In this document: positions 21,022 through 30,709 of the stretch, piece after piece
Numbering within the stretch: the first letter of the stretch is position 1
How the letters are laid out: each line of letters starts with the position of its first letter
Origin: a virus
Taxonomy: Duplodnaviria > Caudoviricetes
DNA length: 64,000 nucleotides
IMG/VR virus record: IMGVR_UViG_3300048591_000242
Coordinates: 96,001-160,000 of that record
Direction: 5' to 3' (one strand)
Notes under the pieces: generated by a model
Told to the model about the DNA's origin: nothing
The model's input: only the letters and a program-made list of their open reading frames with translations
Database searches by the model: none
Position numbers and translations under genes: made by a program

Positions 21022-21124
21022 TAAACGCAGATACTCGGTATATCCGGGTATCTGTGATTTATGCATTTATTTATTTTTTCCTATAATAATTTATAAAACA
21101 ACCACAATAACTGGGGTATTTGCA

Positions 21125-23269
21125 ATGACAATTTTGTATGAGGCCGATTGGGGTAAATACCCGTCAGCTATAATAGATACAAAAACTACTAATACTAGTT
21201 TTCTACGACTAGCCAGTGTTTATAACCGGATGTCTGTGAAAAATAATGCGTTTCATCTTAGTTTATTACAGCCTAAACTACAGGGAGTAAATCCATTTGA
21301 TCCAGATTTAGATGAAGAAACCCAGCTAATGATAGCTCTGGAGTGCAGATGGAACCTGTGGTATTGTCTAAGAGAAATTATTCATCTACCCCCACAGGGT
21401 GGACCTAGCCCTATTCGCTATAAAGCCAACAGAGGTAACATAGCGCTTAGCTGGGCATTCATGAACCACATAGATTTTGCATTAATACAGCCACGACAAA
21501 CAGGTAAGTCAGGCTCTACAGACTCACTGTGGATAACAGTAATGAATCTGATGGCCACCCACACCACAATACAGTTACTTACCAATAACGATAAGGTTAG
21601 AAAATCTAACATAGACCGTTTAAAGGGCATACGAAATGAGCTACCTCAATATCTAAACCCTATTTCTAATATGGATTCTGATAACAAAGAAGGTTTGACC
21701 TGTTTAGCTAGAAATAACATCTACAAAACAGCCATAGGTAGAACCGATAGAACGGCAGCGGATGGTGTAGGTCGTGGTTTAACTTCACCTATACTGCACT
21801 CCGATGAAACTCCCTATACACCAAACATACAGATAAGCTTACCCGTAGCACTATCCTCTGGTACTGCGGCCAGAGAAAACGCTAGAGCGGCTGGAGGCTT
21901 ATATTGTAACGTATTTACTACTACTGCTGGTAAAAAAGATTCAAAGGAGGGTAAGTTTGCGTATAATCTAATTCACAACGGTATGTACTGGAATGAAAGA
22001 CTGTTGGATTGTAGAGATAGGGAAGAGTTAGAGAATGTAATACTAAAGAACTCACATGGCGACAAGCCTATGATAAATGGTACCTTCAGCCACAGACAGC
22101 TAGGTTATACTGACGGATGGTTAAAGGATGCCATAAATAACTCTCGCTCCAGTGAGGACTTGGCTAATCGAGATTATTTAAACATATGGACTAGTGGTAC
22201 TGAGTCTAGCCCTTTAACCATAGCCATTAACGAAGCTATACATAGGTCTGAAATAGACCCCATGTACACCGAAATGACTAAGGACGGATATCAGCTAAGA
22301 TGGTATTTACCTAAGGAAGATATACTAAAGGTATTAAATGACGATCCGCATTTAATAACCTTAGATAGTAGTAATGCAGTAGGTAAGGATGCTAACGGAT
22401 TAACCTTTATAAATGCTACCGATATGTCCATTACTGCCACATCAAACGTATCTGAAGCTAACCTATTTAGGTATGCTAAATGGATTACCGACTTACTCAT
22501 TATGTACCCTAAGACCATCTTTGTTATAGAAAACAAAAGCTCTGCTCAGGGTATAATAGATGTATTACTAACTATACTTCCAAAGCACGGTATAGATCCA
22601 TTTAAAAGGATTTATAACAGACTAGTAGAGAACTCTGAGAAGTATGCAGAAGCCTTTGCTGAGCTTAAGAGGCCCGTACATAGTAGAAAGGAAGAGTTCT
22701 ATTTAAAGAACAAAGGTCTATTCGGTTTTATGACTTCTGGTAATAGCAGATCCTTTTTATATGACACCGTCCTACAGCAGGCAGCTAAGATGTCAGCACA
22801 TCTAATACGAGATAGGGTACTATCTAGTGAGATACGTGGCCTGATAATGGTAAATGGTAGAGTAGATCACCCAGCAGGGGCACATGACGACTTAACTATT
22901 TCATGGCTATTGGGACATTACTTTGTTTCACATTCTAAAGGACTTAAGCACTATGACATAGATCTTTCTTTGGTATTATCTAGAGCCATAGATGATTCTG
23001 CTGAAATATCTGAAATAGATGCTGAGAAGCGAGCTAGAGTAGCTAAGCTTAGATTAGAGGTAGAGTCTTTAAAGAGAATGTTAAAGACGGCTATTACACC
23101 CATAGAGGGTAATCGAATAGAGTGTCTACTTAGACAAAGGGTATCTACTTTAGAGCTAGAGACAGGTCAGAGCATAAACTTAGATAGCATAATAAATGAA
23201 GCTAAGGAGATTAAAAACAAATCTACCTCTTTAAGGGATGCAATAAAGAGGTACGCTATATCTAGATAA
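21125..23269 (+). CDS. terL: terminase large subunit (phiKZ gp25-like)
   Basis: Walker A QPRQTGKS, Walker B LHSDE, nuclease LDSS..GKD and HDDL; ATG 21125 preferred start. Confidence 0.9.
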   Translation: MTILYEADWGKYPSAIIDTKTTNTSFLRLASVYNRMSVKNNAFHLSLLQPKLQGVNPFDPDLDEETQLMIALECRWNLWYCLREIIHLPPQGGPSPIRYKANRGNIALSWAFMNHIDFALIQPRQTGKSGSTDSLWITVMNLMATHTTIQLLTNNDKVRKSNIDRLKGIRNELPQYLNPISNMDSDNKEGLTCLARNNIYKTAIGRTDRTAADGVGRGLTSPILHSDETPYTPNIQISLPVALSSGTAARENARAAGGLYCNVFTTTAGKKDSKEGKFAYNLIHNGMYWNERLLDCRDREELENVILKNSHGDKPMINGTFSHRQLGYTDGWLKDAINNSRSSEDLANRDYLNIWTSGTESSPLTIAINEAIHRSEIDPMYTEMTKDGYQLRWYLPKEDILKVLNDDPHLITLDSSNAVGKDANGLTFINATDMSITATSNVSEANLFRYAKWITDLLIMYPKTIFVIENKSSAQGIIDVLLTILPKHGIDPFKRIYNRLVENSEKYAEAFAELKRPVHSRKEEFYLKNKGLFGFMTSGNSRSFLYDTVLQQAAKMSAHLIRDRVLSSEIRGLIMVNGRVDHPAGAHDDLTISWLLGHYFVSHSKGLKHYDIDLSLVLSRAIDDSAEISEIDAEKRARVAKLRLEVESLKRMLKTAITPIEGNRIECLLRQRVSTLELETGQSINLDSIINEAKEIKNKSTSLRDAIKRYAISR

Positions 23270-23270
23270 T

Positions 23271-23325
23271 GCAGCATAGTACTCTAGTACTCCTACGCGG
23301 AGTACTAGAGTATGCTTTATGCCGT
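23271..23325. terminator. bidirectional GCATA-hairpin-TATGC element
   Basis: perfect 14-bp stem between convergent genes. Confidence 0.7.
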
Positions 23326-23663
23326 TATTTTCTTACGTTACTTACTAAACCATTAAAATAGTTACGTATGGTAGTTACTACGGATTTACTTTCCTCTACC
23401 TGCTGCGGCGTATGCTTGAGCTTTAGCTGCTCTCTATCTATACCGCAAGCTACGCCAATCTCAATACGCATCGCATCTATTGTGTCTTGTAATGTAACTA
23501 AGTCGTTATATACCTCACGCATGTTAATCACTCCGGGTATACATGGATGGGTAGAAGTCCACCCATTGGCTTTGGCTATCTTAATGTTTCTACCCAATAA
23601 AGCCATATCGGCTAGAATTGTTGTTGATATTTTATTTATGTTATAAACATTTACTGTTTTCAT
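23325..23663 (-). CDS. hypothetical protein
   Basis: 112-aa ORF. Confidence 0.6.
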   Translation of the reverse strand: MKTVNVYNINKISTTILADMALLGRNIKIAKANGWTSTHPCIPGVINMREVYNDLVTLQDTIDAMRIEIGVACGIDREQLKLKHTPQQVEESKSVVTTIRNYFNGLVSNVRK

Positions 23664-23679
23664 GTGTTACAATTCCTTT

Positions 23680-24165
23680 TTATGCGACTCTATGCAGGTC
23701 AGTATCCAGGAAATACAATGACACGTTTGCATTGTTGAATCTATTTAAAATTTCTGCACCATCATGGTCAGACTCTTGCCAGTATGCTTCTGGTGGAGTA
23801 GGTACTACAACGAACGACAGATCCACCTGAGCGATTAAACCTAAACAGGTAGGACAAGGTATCCTTGTCGTATAAAGTACGCCACCGGACACTCTGGCCC
23901 CAGTACGCAGTGCATTCATTAGAGCATTAGCTTCGGCATGTACTATATTTCTTCTGACAAACTCCCTATCTTCAAATATAGACTCAGGCTCCATCATACC
24001 TCTTGGAAATCCATTAAACCCATCAGTTATTATTTCTTTGTCAGACCCTACAATAACGGCCCCTACTCCAGCTACTGGGTCTTTGGAGTAGCTAGCCACT
24101 ATATGAGCCCTATCCATAAATCTATTGTGCCATTTAAGGCTAAAGCTATTAGGGTCTATAACCAT
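23680..24165 (-). CDS. dCMP deaminase
   Basis: SKDP..GVGAVIV, GFNG, HAEANA and PCPTC zinc motifs; start trimmed to avoid overlap. Confidence 0.9.
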   Translation of the reverse strand: MVIDPNSFSLKWHNRFMDRAHIVASYSKDPVAGVGAVIVGSDKEIITDGFNGFPRGMMEPESIFEDREFVRRNIVHAEANALMNALRTGARVSGGVLYTTRIPCPTCLGLIAQVDLSFVVVPTPPEAYWQESDHDGAEILNRFNNANVSLYFLDTDLHRVA

Positions 24166-24178
24166 CTTAATCACCACA

Positions 24179-24586
24179 CTAGTATAAACGTATACCGCCA
24201 CTACACTCATTAACCCTAGAATATCTAGGCACCAACAGCACCAGGCCATAAGAGTAAACCAAACAAACACCTTCCGTATTTACAATACGCACAGACTCAG
24301 TTTTAATAACCCTATGATACTTATACAGACTTACATTGTTCTCGTTTGCTCTTACAAACCGCCACTCTTCCCCACTTTCCATATAACAAGTTAATACCGT
24401 ATACCTATCCTCATATACGGTGTAACTGCGTACATAATCCATCTGTGTACTGGCTAATACATTACCTTCAATAAAGCTTTGTATCTGTAAAATATACCTT
24501 ATATTTTTAGAGGATATATCCGCTAGATTCATACAGCCTACAGTATTGCTTAATGCTGTTTTATCAGTCAATCTGTATATCGTCAT
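24179..24586 (-). CDS. hypothetical protein
   Basis: 135-aa ORF in minus-strand operon. Confidence 0.55.
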   Translation of the reverse strand: MTIYRLTDKTALSNTVGCMNLADISSKNIRYILQIQSFIEGNVLASTQMDYVRSYTVYEDRYTVLTCYMESGEEWRFVRANENNVSLYKYHRVIKTESVRIVNTEGVCLVYSYGLVLLVPRYSRVNECSGGIRLY

Positions 24587-24640
24587 GACGGTGGCTGTCC
24601 TATATAGGGTTTATTTACAGATAATTTTAAGTACCGGTAA

Positions 24641-26428
24641 TTAATTAAATACCTTATAGGTAAGTATTCTTAGCGTACAGTATATTAGACATGCTATACG
24701 GGTAGAGGCCAGTATACCTGAATGTTTATTAGAGATAGCATTAGTTACTACATCTGTTACTATATCCCTAACCTCCAAAATATCTTGATTGGTAAGCTGT
24801 GAAGATCTATACATGTTTCTTAACTTCACAACCATAGCGGTTAGATTAACGTTCTCTCCAGTATTTACTCGTCGGTATTCTGTTATATAGATAACTAAAT
24901 TACGTATTAGCTTTTCTATGTCAGGCTTATTTCTCTTACCAAAGTTAGCTGGTATTTCCTCTAATGCTTTAGTAAGAAAACGTTTATCTGCGGTAGGTAC
25001 TAATATTAAGGTCTGTTCAACTAACTCGCTACGTATAAAGTCGTTTCTGTCCTTAAAGACCTCAATGCTATTGCGTATGAGAGCGTCTGCGTTATTCTCA
25101 TACTCACGCATTACTCTTTCACCATCTTTAGTAATAAACTTACTTTCAGATAGTACCCTAACATCGGCATCCCTAAGACGCATATATTCACTAGTTAATT
25201 TCTTTATAACTTCCCGTATTCTGGACTGTATGTCTGTAACCACATACATTACTTTTGGGTCGTTATCAAATAACTCTAAGGTCGCTCTATGTACGCTACT
25301 GTCAGACAGGATATCTAGTGATCTAGCCATTACTAAGCCACCCCAGTTATGGTGTTTCTTAAGTAGACTCTTTCTACTAAGAGACTCATATAAAGCTAAA
25401 GCTATAGCCTCCTGGCTCTTATGTGGGAAGAAGTGCCCTAATAGCGACGAAAGAAACTTGTAATGCAGCATCTTAAAAATAGCTAACAAGGCCGAATCTC
25501 TTTCTTTACTAGACAAAGAGTCACTGTTTATAAAGCGATGCGCTAAATATACAAAACTCATATTTACTGGAGACTTACCAACCACACCATATTTGTTGAC
25601 CTCTTCTACGTCTCTGAAGTCATCAGTTAGCTCTTCCCATTCTTCTATCTTAAGGATGTCTTCTATCCACTCACCCTCGTCATCATACGTATATTTAATG
25701 CGGTATATGCCTAACAGATTACTACCTAGAAAATTAATGTGTTCTTCATTTCTGGTTTCAAATCCAGTTACAAAAGAAACTACCTTTTTAGCTAAAGATG
25801 AGTCTATGTCTAGATGTGAAAAGTAATTATCAAATACATCCTTTATCGAGTTACCGGAAGACTTAAGATTCTCAAAGGACGGATTTACATGATGTACTAC
25901 ATGTACACCCTTTGGTACAGTGTAGTCACCTGGGTTTACTTCATTCTCCAGACTCTGTGATTCTGGAAAATGCCATATAGGTAACTCACCTAAAACGTAT
26001 CTGCCTTCATAGAAGCTAGAAATAGAATGCTCGTGTGCCCTTAATTTAGGTACGTACGCTAGCAACATCTTTATAGCTGGAGTAATTATAATTTCAGCTA
26101 CTTTAATTAAGTGTACTGGGTCGGTACACCAGATTACGTTGGTAATGGTAGTGTCTCCTACCAGATAGTTGGCATCTAGATACTTACTATCTAACCTTCT
26201 AAAGGTATCTCTTACTGGAGAATATACAGAGAAGCTCATACCGGCTGGAGGTAAGGTATCTAGATCTATATGTGCCGCCAGGATAGCTTCATTTATTGTT
26301 GGGCAAAAGGGTATCCTGGGCTTGTTACTTTCATCCAACCTTTTAAATTTTTCAGGTACTTCTGGAACGAAGGGATAAAGCACGGATAAGTCGTGGTTCT
26401 CAGAAATATGAAATAGTTTAATAGCCAT
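24641..26428 (-). CDS. putative virion protein with N-terminal ART-fold-like extension
   Basis: C-terminal ~420 aa (SIKDVF..FLGSNLLG) resembles a conserved phiKZ-like virion family; N-terminal FHIS..PRI.F domain; SLE linker. Confidence 0.55.
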   Translation of the reverse strand: MAIKLFHISENHDLSVLYPFVPEVPEKFKRLDESNKPRIPFCPTINEAILAAHIDLDTLPPAGMSFSVYSPVRDTFRRLDSKYLDANYLVGDTTITNVIWCTDPVHLIKVAEIIITPAIKMLLAYVPKLRAHEHSISSFYEGRYVLGELPIWHFPESQSLENEVNPGDYTVPKGVHVVHHVNPSFENLKSSGNSIKDVFDNYFSHLDIDSSLAKKVVSFVTGFETRNEEHINFLGSNLLGIYRIKYTYDDEGEWIEDILKIEEWEELTDDFRDVEEVNKYGVVGKSPVNMSFVYLAHRFINSDSLSSKERDSALLAIFKMLHYKFLSSLLGHFFPHKSQEAIALALYESLSRKSLLKKHHNWGGLVMARSLDILSDSSVHRATLELFDNDPKVMYVVTDIQSRIREVIKKLTSEYMRLRDADVRVLSESKFITKDGERVMREYENNADALIRNSIEVFKDRNDFIRSELVEQTLILVPTADKRFLTKALEEIPANFGKRNKPDIEKLIRNLVIYITEYRRVNTGENVNLTAMVVKLRNMYRSSQLTNQDILEVRDIVTDVVTNAISNKHSGILASTRIACLIYCTLRILTYKVFN

Positions 26429-26611
26429 TGCCTAACTCCGTTTGAGTATAAAATGCGTTATATATAATCGCTGTAGCTATGTATTTTGTTAATTGTATAT
26501 AGAGGCTATATAGTGTTAAAAATAACTATATAGATGAATAGTACGACGGCAGGGAAAACGGGCTACAGCTAATAGCTGGCCCAACTTCCCGTATGTTTTT
26601 ATGGAGGCTTT

Positions 26612-27100
26612 ATGTTATCTGGTAAGAAGTCAGTAGCTCTTAAGGGCAAATATGACATTAGGGCCATACTAAAGGAAGGGCCTTTAAATAAGCTATCTAT
26701 AGATGAAGTTATGGATAACGTAAACATAACCGCAGCCATTATAGATACTTATACTCTTGTACTGCAAAACTGTGAATCAGTGAATTTGTATGATTTTACA
26801 AATGACACCCTAGAAGTACCTGAAGTAATTATAAGAATGTGTGAGAGGGTTATATTCCCTACAGTAGTAAAGTCGAAGATGGTATCTATAACCAACAGTA
26901 CCATACATGTAGAAGAGCCAAAGAAACTACATATAAGCGGCGATCTAATATTAACCGACTCTATATTTACTGGAGGAGGAGAGGTTATTGTAAATGGTAC
27001 AGTATATGCCGATGATGTTAGTTATACCAAAATACCGGAATGGAACATACGCTATAATAAGCTAGTAGACGTAGGTAGTACTAACAGAATACAAACATAA
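26612..27100 (+). CDS. hypothetical protein
   Basis: 162-aa ORF with GGAGG SD. Confidence 0.65.
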   Translation: MLSGKKSVALKGKYDIRAILKEGPLNKLSIDEVMDNVNITAAIIDTYTLVLQNCESVNLYDFTNDTLEVPEVIIRMCERVIFPTVVKSKMVSITNSTIHVEEPKKLHISGDLILTDSIFTGGGEVIVNGTVYADDVSYTKIPEWNIRYNKLVDVGSTNRIQT

Positions 27101-27106
27101 GCTTTA

Positions 27107-27142
27107 TACCTATCCCGTTCTGGGGATAGGTAATTATGCTGT
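27107..27142 (+). terminator. hairpin + TATGCTGT element
   Basis: 10-bp stem TACCTATCCC/GGGATAGGTA. Confidence 0.6.
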
Positions 27143-27164
27143 ATTTTAGATTCAACATTTATTC

Positions 27165-27177
27165 AGATATATATTAA
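27165..27177 (+). promoter_or_regulatory. possible early promoter (AGATATATATTAA variant)
   Basis: one mismatch to the recurring motif, just after a terminator. Confidence 0.45.
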
Positions 27178-27221
27178 AGTAATAGAGCAACAATGCTTTT
27201 AGTTACTAGAGGTATTTGATT

Positions 27222-27353
27222 ATGCAAGAATTCAAGAAGAATAAGGCTATACTGGAAGAACGAGCTTTGGCATATAAGGATATAAAGAAACACAAACACT
27301 GCATGCATAGTACTATAGTGCGTGCAAACAGAAACAAGTACAAAACCATTTAA
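27222..27353 (+). CDS. basic 43-aa microprotein (not in ORF track)
   Basis: GAGGT SD; MQEFKKNKAILEER...KYKTI translated by hand. Confidence 0.55.
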   Translation: MQEFKKNKAILEERALAYKDIKKHKHCMHSTIVRANRNKYKTI

Positions 27354-27386
27354 TCCAATAAGACTTTAAGTCTAGGAGAATTTATT

Positions 27387-27827
27387 ATGTTTACTGCATC
27401 TTTATGTTTAGCACTTTCAGCACTGTTTGGTTTGGCTCTTACCCTTAAAAGATTCATGGGACTAGTTAACCGAAGAACAGTGACTAAAGTTACGCTGCTA
27501 AATCTTGTAACCTCGAGTATTTTATTAGCGTTTGAAGGCGGAACTAACCCACTCATTGTATTGGGCCTTATTATGCCGATGGTGGCTCTACCTATAACTC
27601 TGGACAATATCTTAAAGGATAACATGAAAATGTTTGTTCGTTATGCCATATTTCCTGTAGCAGTGATGGTAATAGGCATAATAAATTTATGGTTGACCGG
27701 CTATGAGCCTATAGCACTGACTCTGTTCTTTGCGTTAGGGTTAGGGGTTGTGCTAAATACGGTTGGCTCTAGAGCTAGAGCAGAAAACGCAATTGCCGTG
27801 GCAAGACAAGTATACTTTGAAATTTAA
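27387..27827 (+). CDS. multi-pass membrane protein, paralog A
   Basis: 4-5 hydrophobic segments; shares motifs with the next ORF. Confidence 0.7.
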   Translation: MFTASLCLALSALFGLALTLKRFMGLVNRRTVTKVTLLNLVTSSILLAFEGGTNPLIVLGLIMPMVALPITLDNILKDNMKMFVRYAIFPVAVMVIGIINLWLTGYEPIALTLFFALGLGVVLNTVGSRARAENAIAVARQVYFEI

Positions 27828-27867
27828 CATAATCCACTGATAGGGTTTTAAACCCAGGAGAATCTCT

Positions 27868-28305
27868 ATGCTAATACCAGCAATTACCTTAACTATCGTG
27901 TACGCGGTTTCATTGTCTATAACCAACTTTATGTATGGACGCATTATAAAACAAGGAATGGTTACCGCTATTACCTTCACAAACCTTATAATTTCATTAT
28001 TGGTAATGACGTTAGTAGGTGGTACCGACCCTATTATAATAATGGGTATGGCATTAGGTGCCATGACGTTACCCTTTCTTATGGATGTAATATTGAAGGG
28101 AAATGTTAACCTATTTATATACTTAAACATGTTGCCTGTAGTAGTTGGGCTGGTAGGCGTAGTACATCTGTGGGGGACTGGTGTGGAGCCTGCTGGATTA
28201 ACTGCCGTAGTGTTATGCGGCTCAGTCTATGTGATATGGCTTGGTATGAAAAAGGACAAGGCTAAAGCTTGTTTATGGCAGGCAAGAAACCTTTATCTTA
28301 GTTAA
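27868..28305 (+). CDS. multi-pass membrane protein, paralog B
   Basis: GGT(N/D)P, LP..(L/M)D.ILK.N and TG.EP shared with 27387-27827. Confidence 0.7.
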   Translation: MLIPAITLTIVYAVSLSITNFMYGRIIKQGMVTAITFTNLIISLLVMTLVGGTDPIIIMGMALGAMTLPFLMDVILKGNVNLFIYLNMLPVVVGLVGVVHLWGTGVEPAGLTAVVLCGSVYVIWLGMKKDKAKACLWQARNLYLS

Positions 28306-28354
28306 CAGCATAGCTATAGTCTACCCATAGTGGGTAGACTATAGCTACATGCAG
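28305..28354. terminator. bidirectional hairpin element
   Basis: perfect 16-bp stem with ACAGCATA flank between convergent genes. Confidence 0.7.
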
Positions 28355-28493
28355 TGCGTATAGGCGTTTTATAAAACGCCTTATTTTTTTGTTTAAAACA
28401 AAGGAAAGATAAATTGTTAAAGATCCTCAGAAGTCATATAGCACTAGAACATACACGATTCTAATGACACATTGTTCCGCATAAGATAAGTTA

Positions 28494-29231
28494 TTATTTC
28501 GGCAAACCCATGGTAATATAACGCATATGTGTTTCGCGATCCGCCATAATACTTATCTTCTTCCAACGTATTCTTAAGATATCCCTATAGATCTCCCAAC
28601 TATCGGCATAGTCATCTACTAAACTACGCATTCTACCGTCTACTAAGCCGCCAGTGTTAGCAGTAATAGACATGTTTATAGAAAGTTTATTAAAGATATA
28701 GCCCTTTGTAGCTACTACAGCTAAATCACCAAAGTCTAAAAGAGCCTTTTGGTTAAAGTTAGAAAGATTGGCGTCGTTTACTATAGTACAGCGTAAGTGA
28801 CTGTTTTGATTCTGTGGGTTTACTGGCACGAAGATAGTATTTGGTGCCACTAGATATACCTCAGGTGTGCCGGTAAATCCAGGTACTCCATCAGATATAG
28901 CATACGGCTCAACCCCTCTATTTACTATCTCTAACGAAAGTACTGAAGATATTAGCCTACCGTGTGTTTGGGATAAAGGTATTTCTATACGTACACCTTG
29001 CTCCATATACGTCCAAGCGGCATGTACTAGCGGCACAGTAATTACCTCACCACCCACTATATTACAGTCTACCATAACTATCTTACCGATAACCTCACTT
29101 CTTATAGTGTAGTCTAGAGACGTTCTATCGGTGTGATATCCCCATTGATTGGTACCAAAGGCCAATGCCAAAAGTGCCTCCGGCACCTCTCTATAAACCC
29201 GGCTAATGGCGTAGTCGATTGCGTTTGACAT
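28494..29231 (-). CDS. conserved phiKZ-like protein (possibly virion), divergent from phuZ
   Basis: 245 aa; NAIDYAI..V..EVP..LL.LAF N-terminus recalled from jumbo phages. Confidence 0.55.
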   Translation of the reverse strand: MSNAIDYAISRVYREVPEALLALAFGTNQWGYHTDRTSLDYTIRSEVIGKIVMVDCNIVGGEVITVPLVHAAWTYMEQGVRIEIPLSQTHGRLISSVLSLEIVNRGVEPYAISDGVPGFTGTPEVYLVAPNTIFVPVNPQNQNSHLRCTIVNDANLSNFNQKALLDFGDLAVVATKGYIFNKLSINMSITANTGGLVDGRMRSLVDDYADSWEIYRDILRIRWKKISIMADRETHMRYITMGLPK

Positions 29232-29288
29232 TGTATTTCCCCTAAAACTAATAAGTATATTAACACAGGATTCTTCAATGGTTTGTTA

Positions 29289-29300
29289 GGTATATATTAC
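29289..29300 (+). promoter_or_regulatory. phiKZ-type early promoter for phuZ
   Basis: GGTATATATTAC. Confidence 0.7.
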
Positions 29301-29403
29301 CCAATAGCAGTAACAGAAAATAACAGCTTCAAGGAATTCTATGCACAACCTAGGTATGGCGTGGCTTCTTATATTTTTCAACTAAAACAAAGGAAATTAA
29401 AAA

Positions 29404-29715
29404 ATGGCTAGAAACTCAATTTCTATTTACGGCTGCGGTGGATTCGGCATCAACATCGTCCGTAACTTTGTGAATATTCCAGATGACCCGGAGCGGCAAC
29501 TGTATCCAAAAACAAGCATTCATGCCATTGACACCAGTGACAGTAATTTGGGCGCTTCACACAATGACATCAAGCACCATGTGGTGCCCGGAATCGACGG
29601 TGCCGGTAAAAACCGTAAACGTGCGTATGAAGCTACGCTGCCGCACATTGCTACAATACTTAACGATCATCGGCCGGGTATATTCAACGTCGTCATATTC
29701 TCAACATCAGGTGGT
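29404..29715 (+). CDS. phuZ: PhuZ phage tubulin, exon 1 (104 aa)
   Basis: GCGGFGINI, IDTSDSN, GAGKNR; ends FSTSGG in the tubulin signature loop. Confidence 0.9.
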
Positions 29716-29836
29716 AAAGTGATACATTAGTATCCATAGCCTGCTACAGCAGTGATGTTGTAGTAATCGTCTCCTAATTGCGGGAAACTCCTTCCTGTCC
29801 AATATTATGTTCACTAACATAACAAAGGTCAGGCAA

Positions 29837-30487
29837 ATGTCTAATTTTGAAACAAGAGTATGTTCGTATTGCAACAATGAGTATACGAATATTTATCGAG
29901 GACCACACGATGTGAAGGGATACACAATACCTACTTCATATTGTAGTAAATCATGCGCCGGAAAGGCGAAGGGTCCTATACTAGAAGATAGAGGTAAAGA
30001 AAACCTTAAGGCCGAAGCTTTGCAGTGCATTGAAGCGGCAGGTAGGTATCTCACTAAAGAAGAAATCTTAACTGAGGTTAAATGTTCTTCAAAAACACTT
30101 ACTAAACATGGTATTAAAATATCAGAACTAAATGCTGAATTAGGTTTCATTAAACCACGTTCAGTTTTTGAAGGTAAGGTGGGTAGGATACTTAAGGATA
30201 AATTTTCAAATGTAGAAAGTGAAAAAACATTTGAAGGTTTAACCGCACCAACAGGTTATCCCCTTAGGGTGGATTTTTATATACCCGAACTTAATCTAGT
30301 AGTTGAGGCCGACGGTTTACAACACTCCGATAAAAAACATCCATGGGCCACTCATCCCAATGGTACTGTCCGGGAATACGACGAAATCAAAAACAAATTC
30401 CTTCGTGATAATGAAATTGATCTTGTGCGTATTCCGTATAGTAAGAATGTTACTCCTGAAAGTGTTTTGGATAAATTAGATATTTGA
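29837..30487 (+). CDS. intron-encoded DUF559/Vsr-like (EDxHD-type) endonuclease
   Basis: FE..V..IL, LRVDFYIP..NLVVEADGLQH, YDEIKN..L..RIPY; N-terminal CxxC/CxxxC. Confidence 0.8.
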   Translation: MSNFETRVCSYCNNEYTNIYRGPHDVKGYTIPTSYCSKSCAGKAKGPILEDRGKENLKAEALQCIEAAGRYLTKEEILTEVKCSSKTLTKHGIKISELNAELGFIKPRSVFEGKVGRILKDKFSNVESEKTFEGLTAPTGYPLRVDFYIPELNLVVEADGLQHSDKKHPWATHPNGTVREYDEIKNKFLRDNEIDLVRIPYSKNVTPESVLDKLDI

Positions 30488-30709
30488 GAGCATTATATAC
30501 CAAGCTAATATCGAAAGATAAGTAGTGGCCTGACTAACTATCAGGGTATGGTAAAAATTATAATGATTGGACAATCCGCCGCGAAGCTTCTCTATGCTAA
30601 AGCAGTGAAGTGTGCTCAACGACTAACCCACTAACCAGGGTGTAGGGTACTAGTGTATCCGAAATGGAGACTGTCTTTAATCGACTAAAGTTTAATTATC
30701 AAAAATCTC

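Noticed and set aside
20993-21124. 44-aa N-terminal extension of the terminase
   Set aside because: Overlaps the upstream gene and AT-rich intergenic DNA; ATG 21125 fits better
24166-24270. Hydrophobic N-terminal extension making dCMP deaminase membrane-bound
   Set aside because: Overlaps the adjacent gene; a downstream Met gives a normal-length enzyme
29404-29730. 108-aa ORF as a stand-alone gene or phuZ pseudogene
   Set aside because: It is exon 1; the last four residues (KVIH) are read-through into the intron, and splicing restores an intact frame
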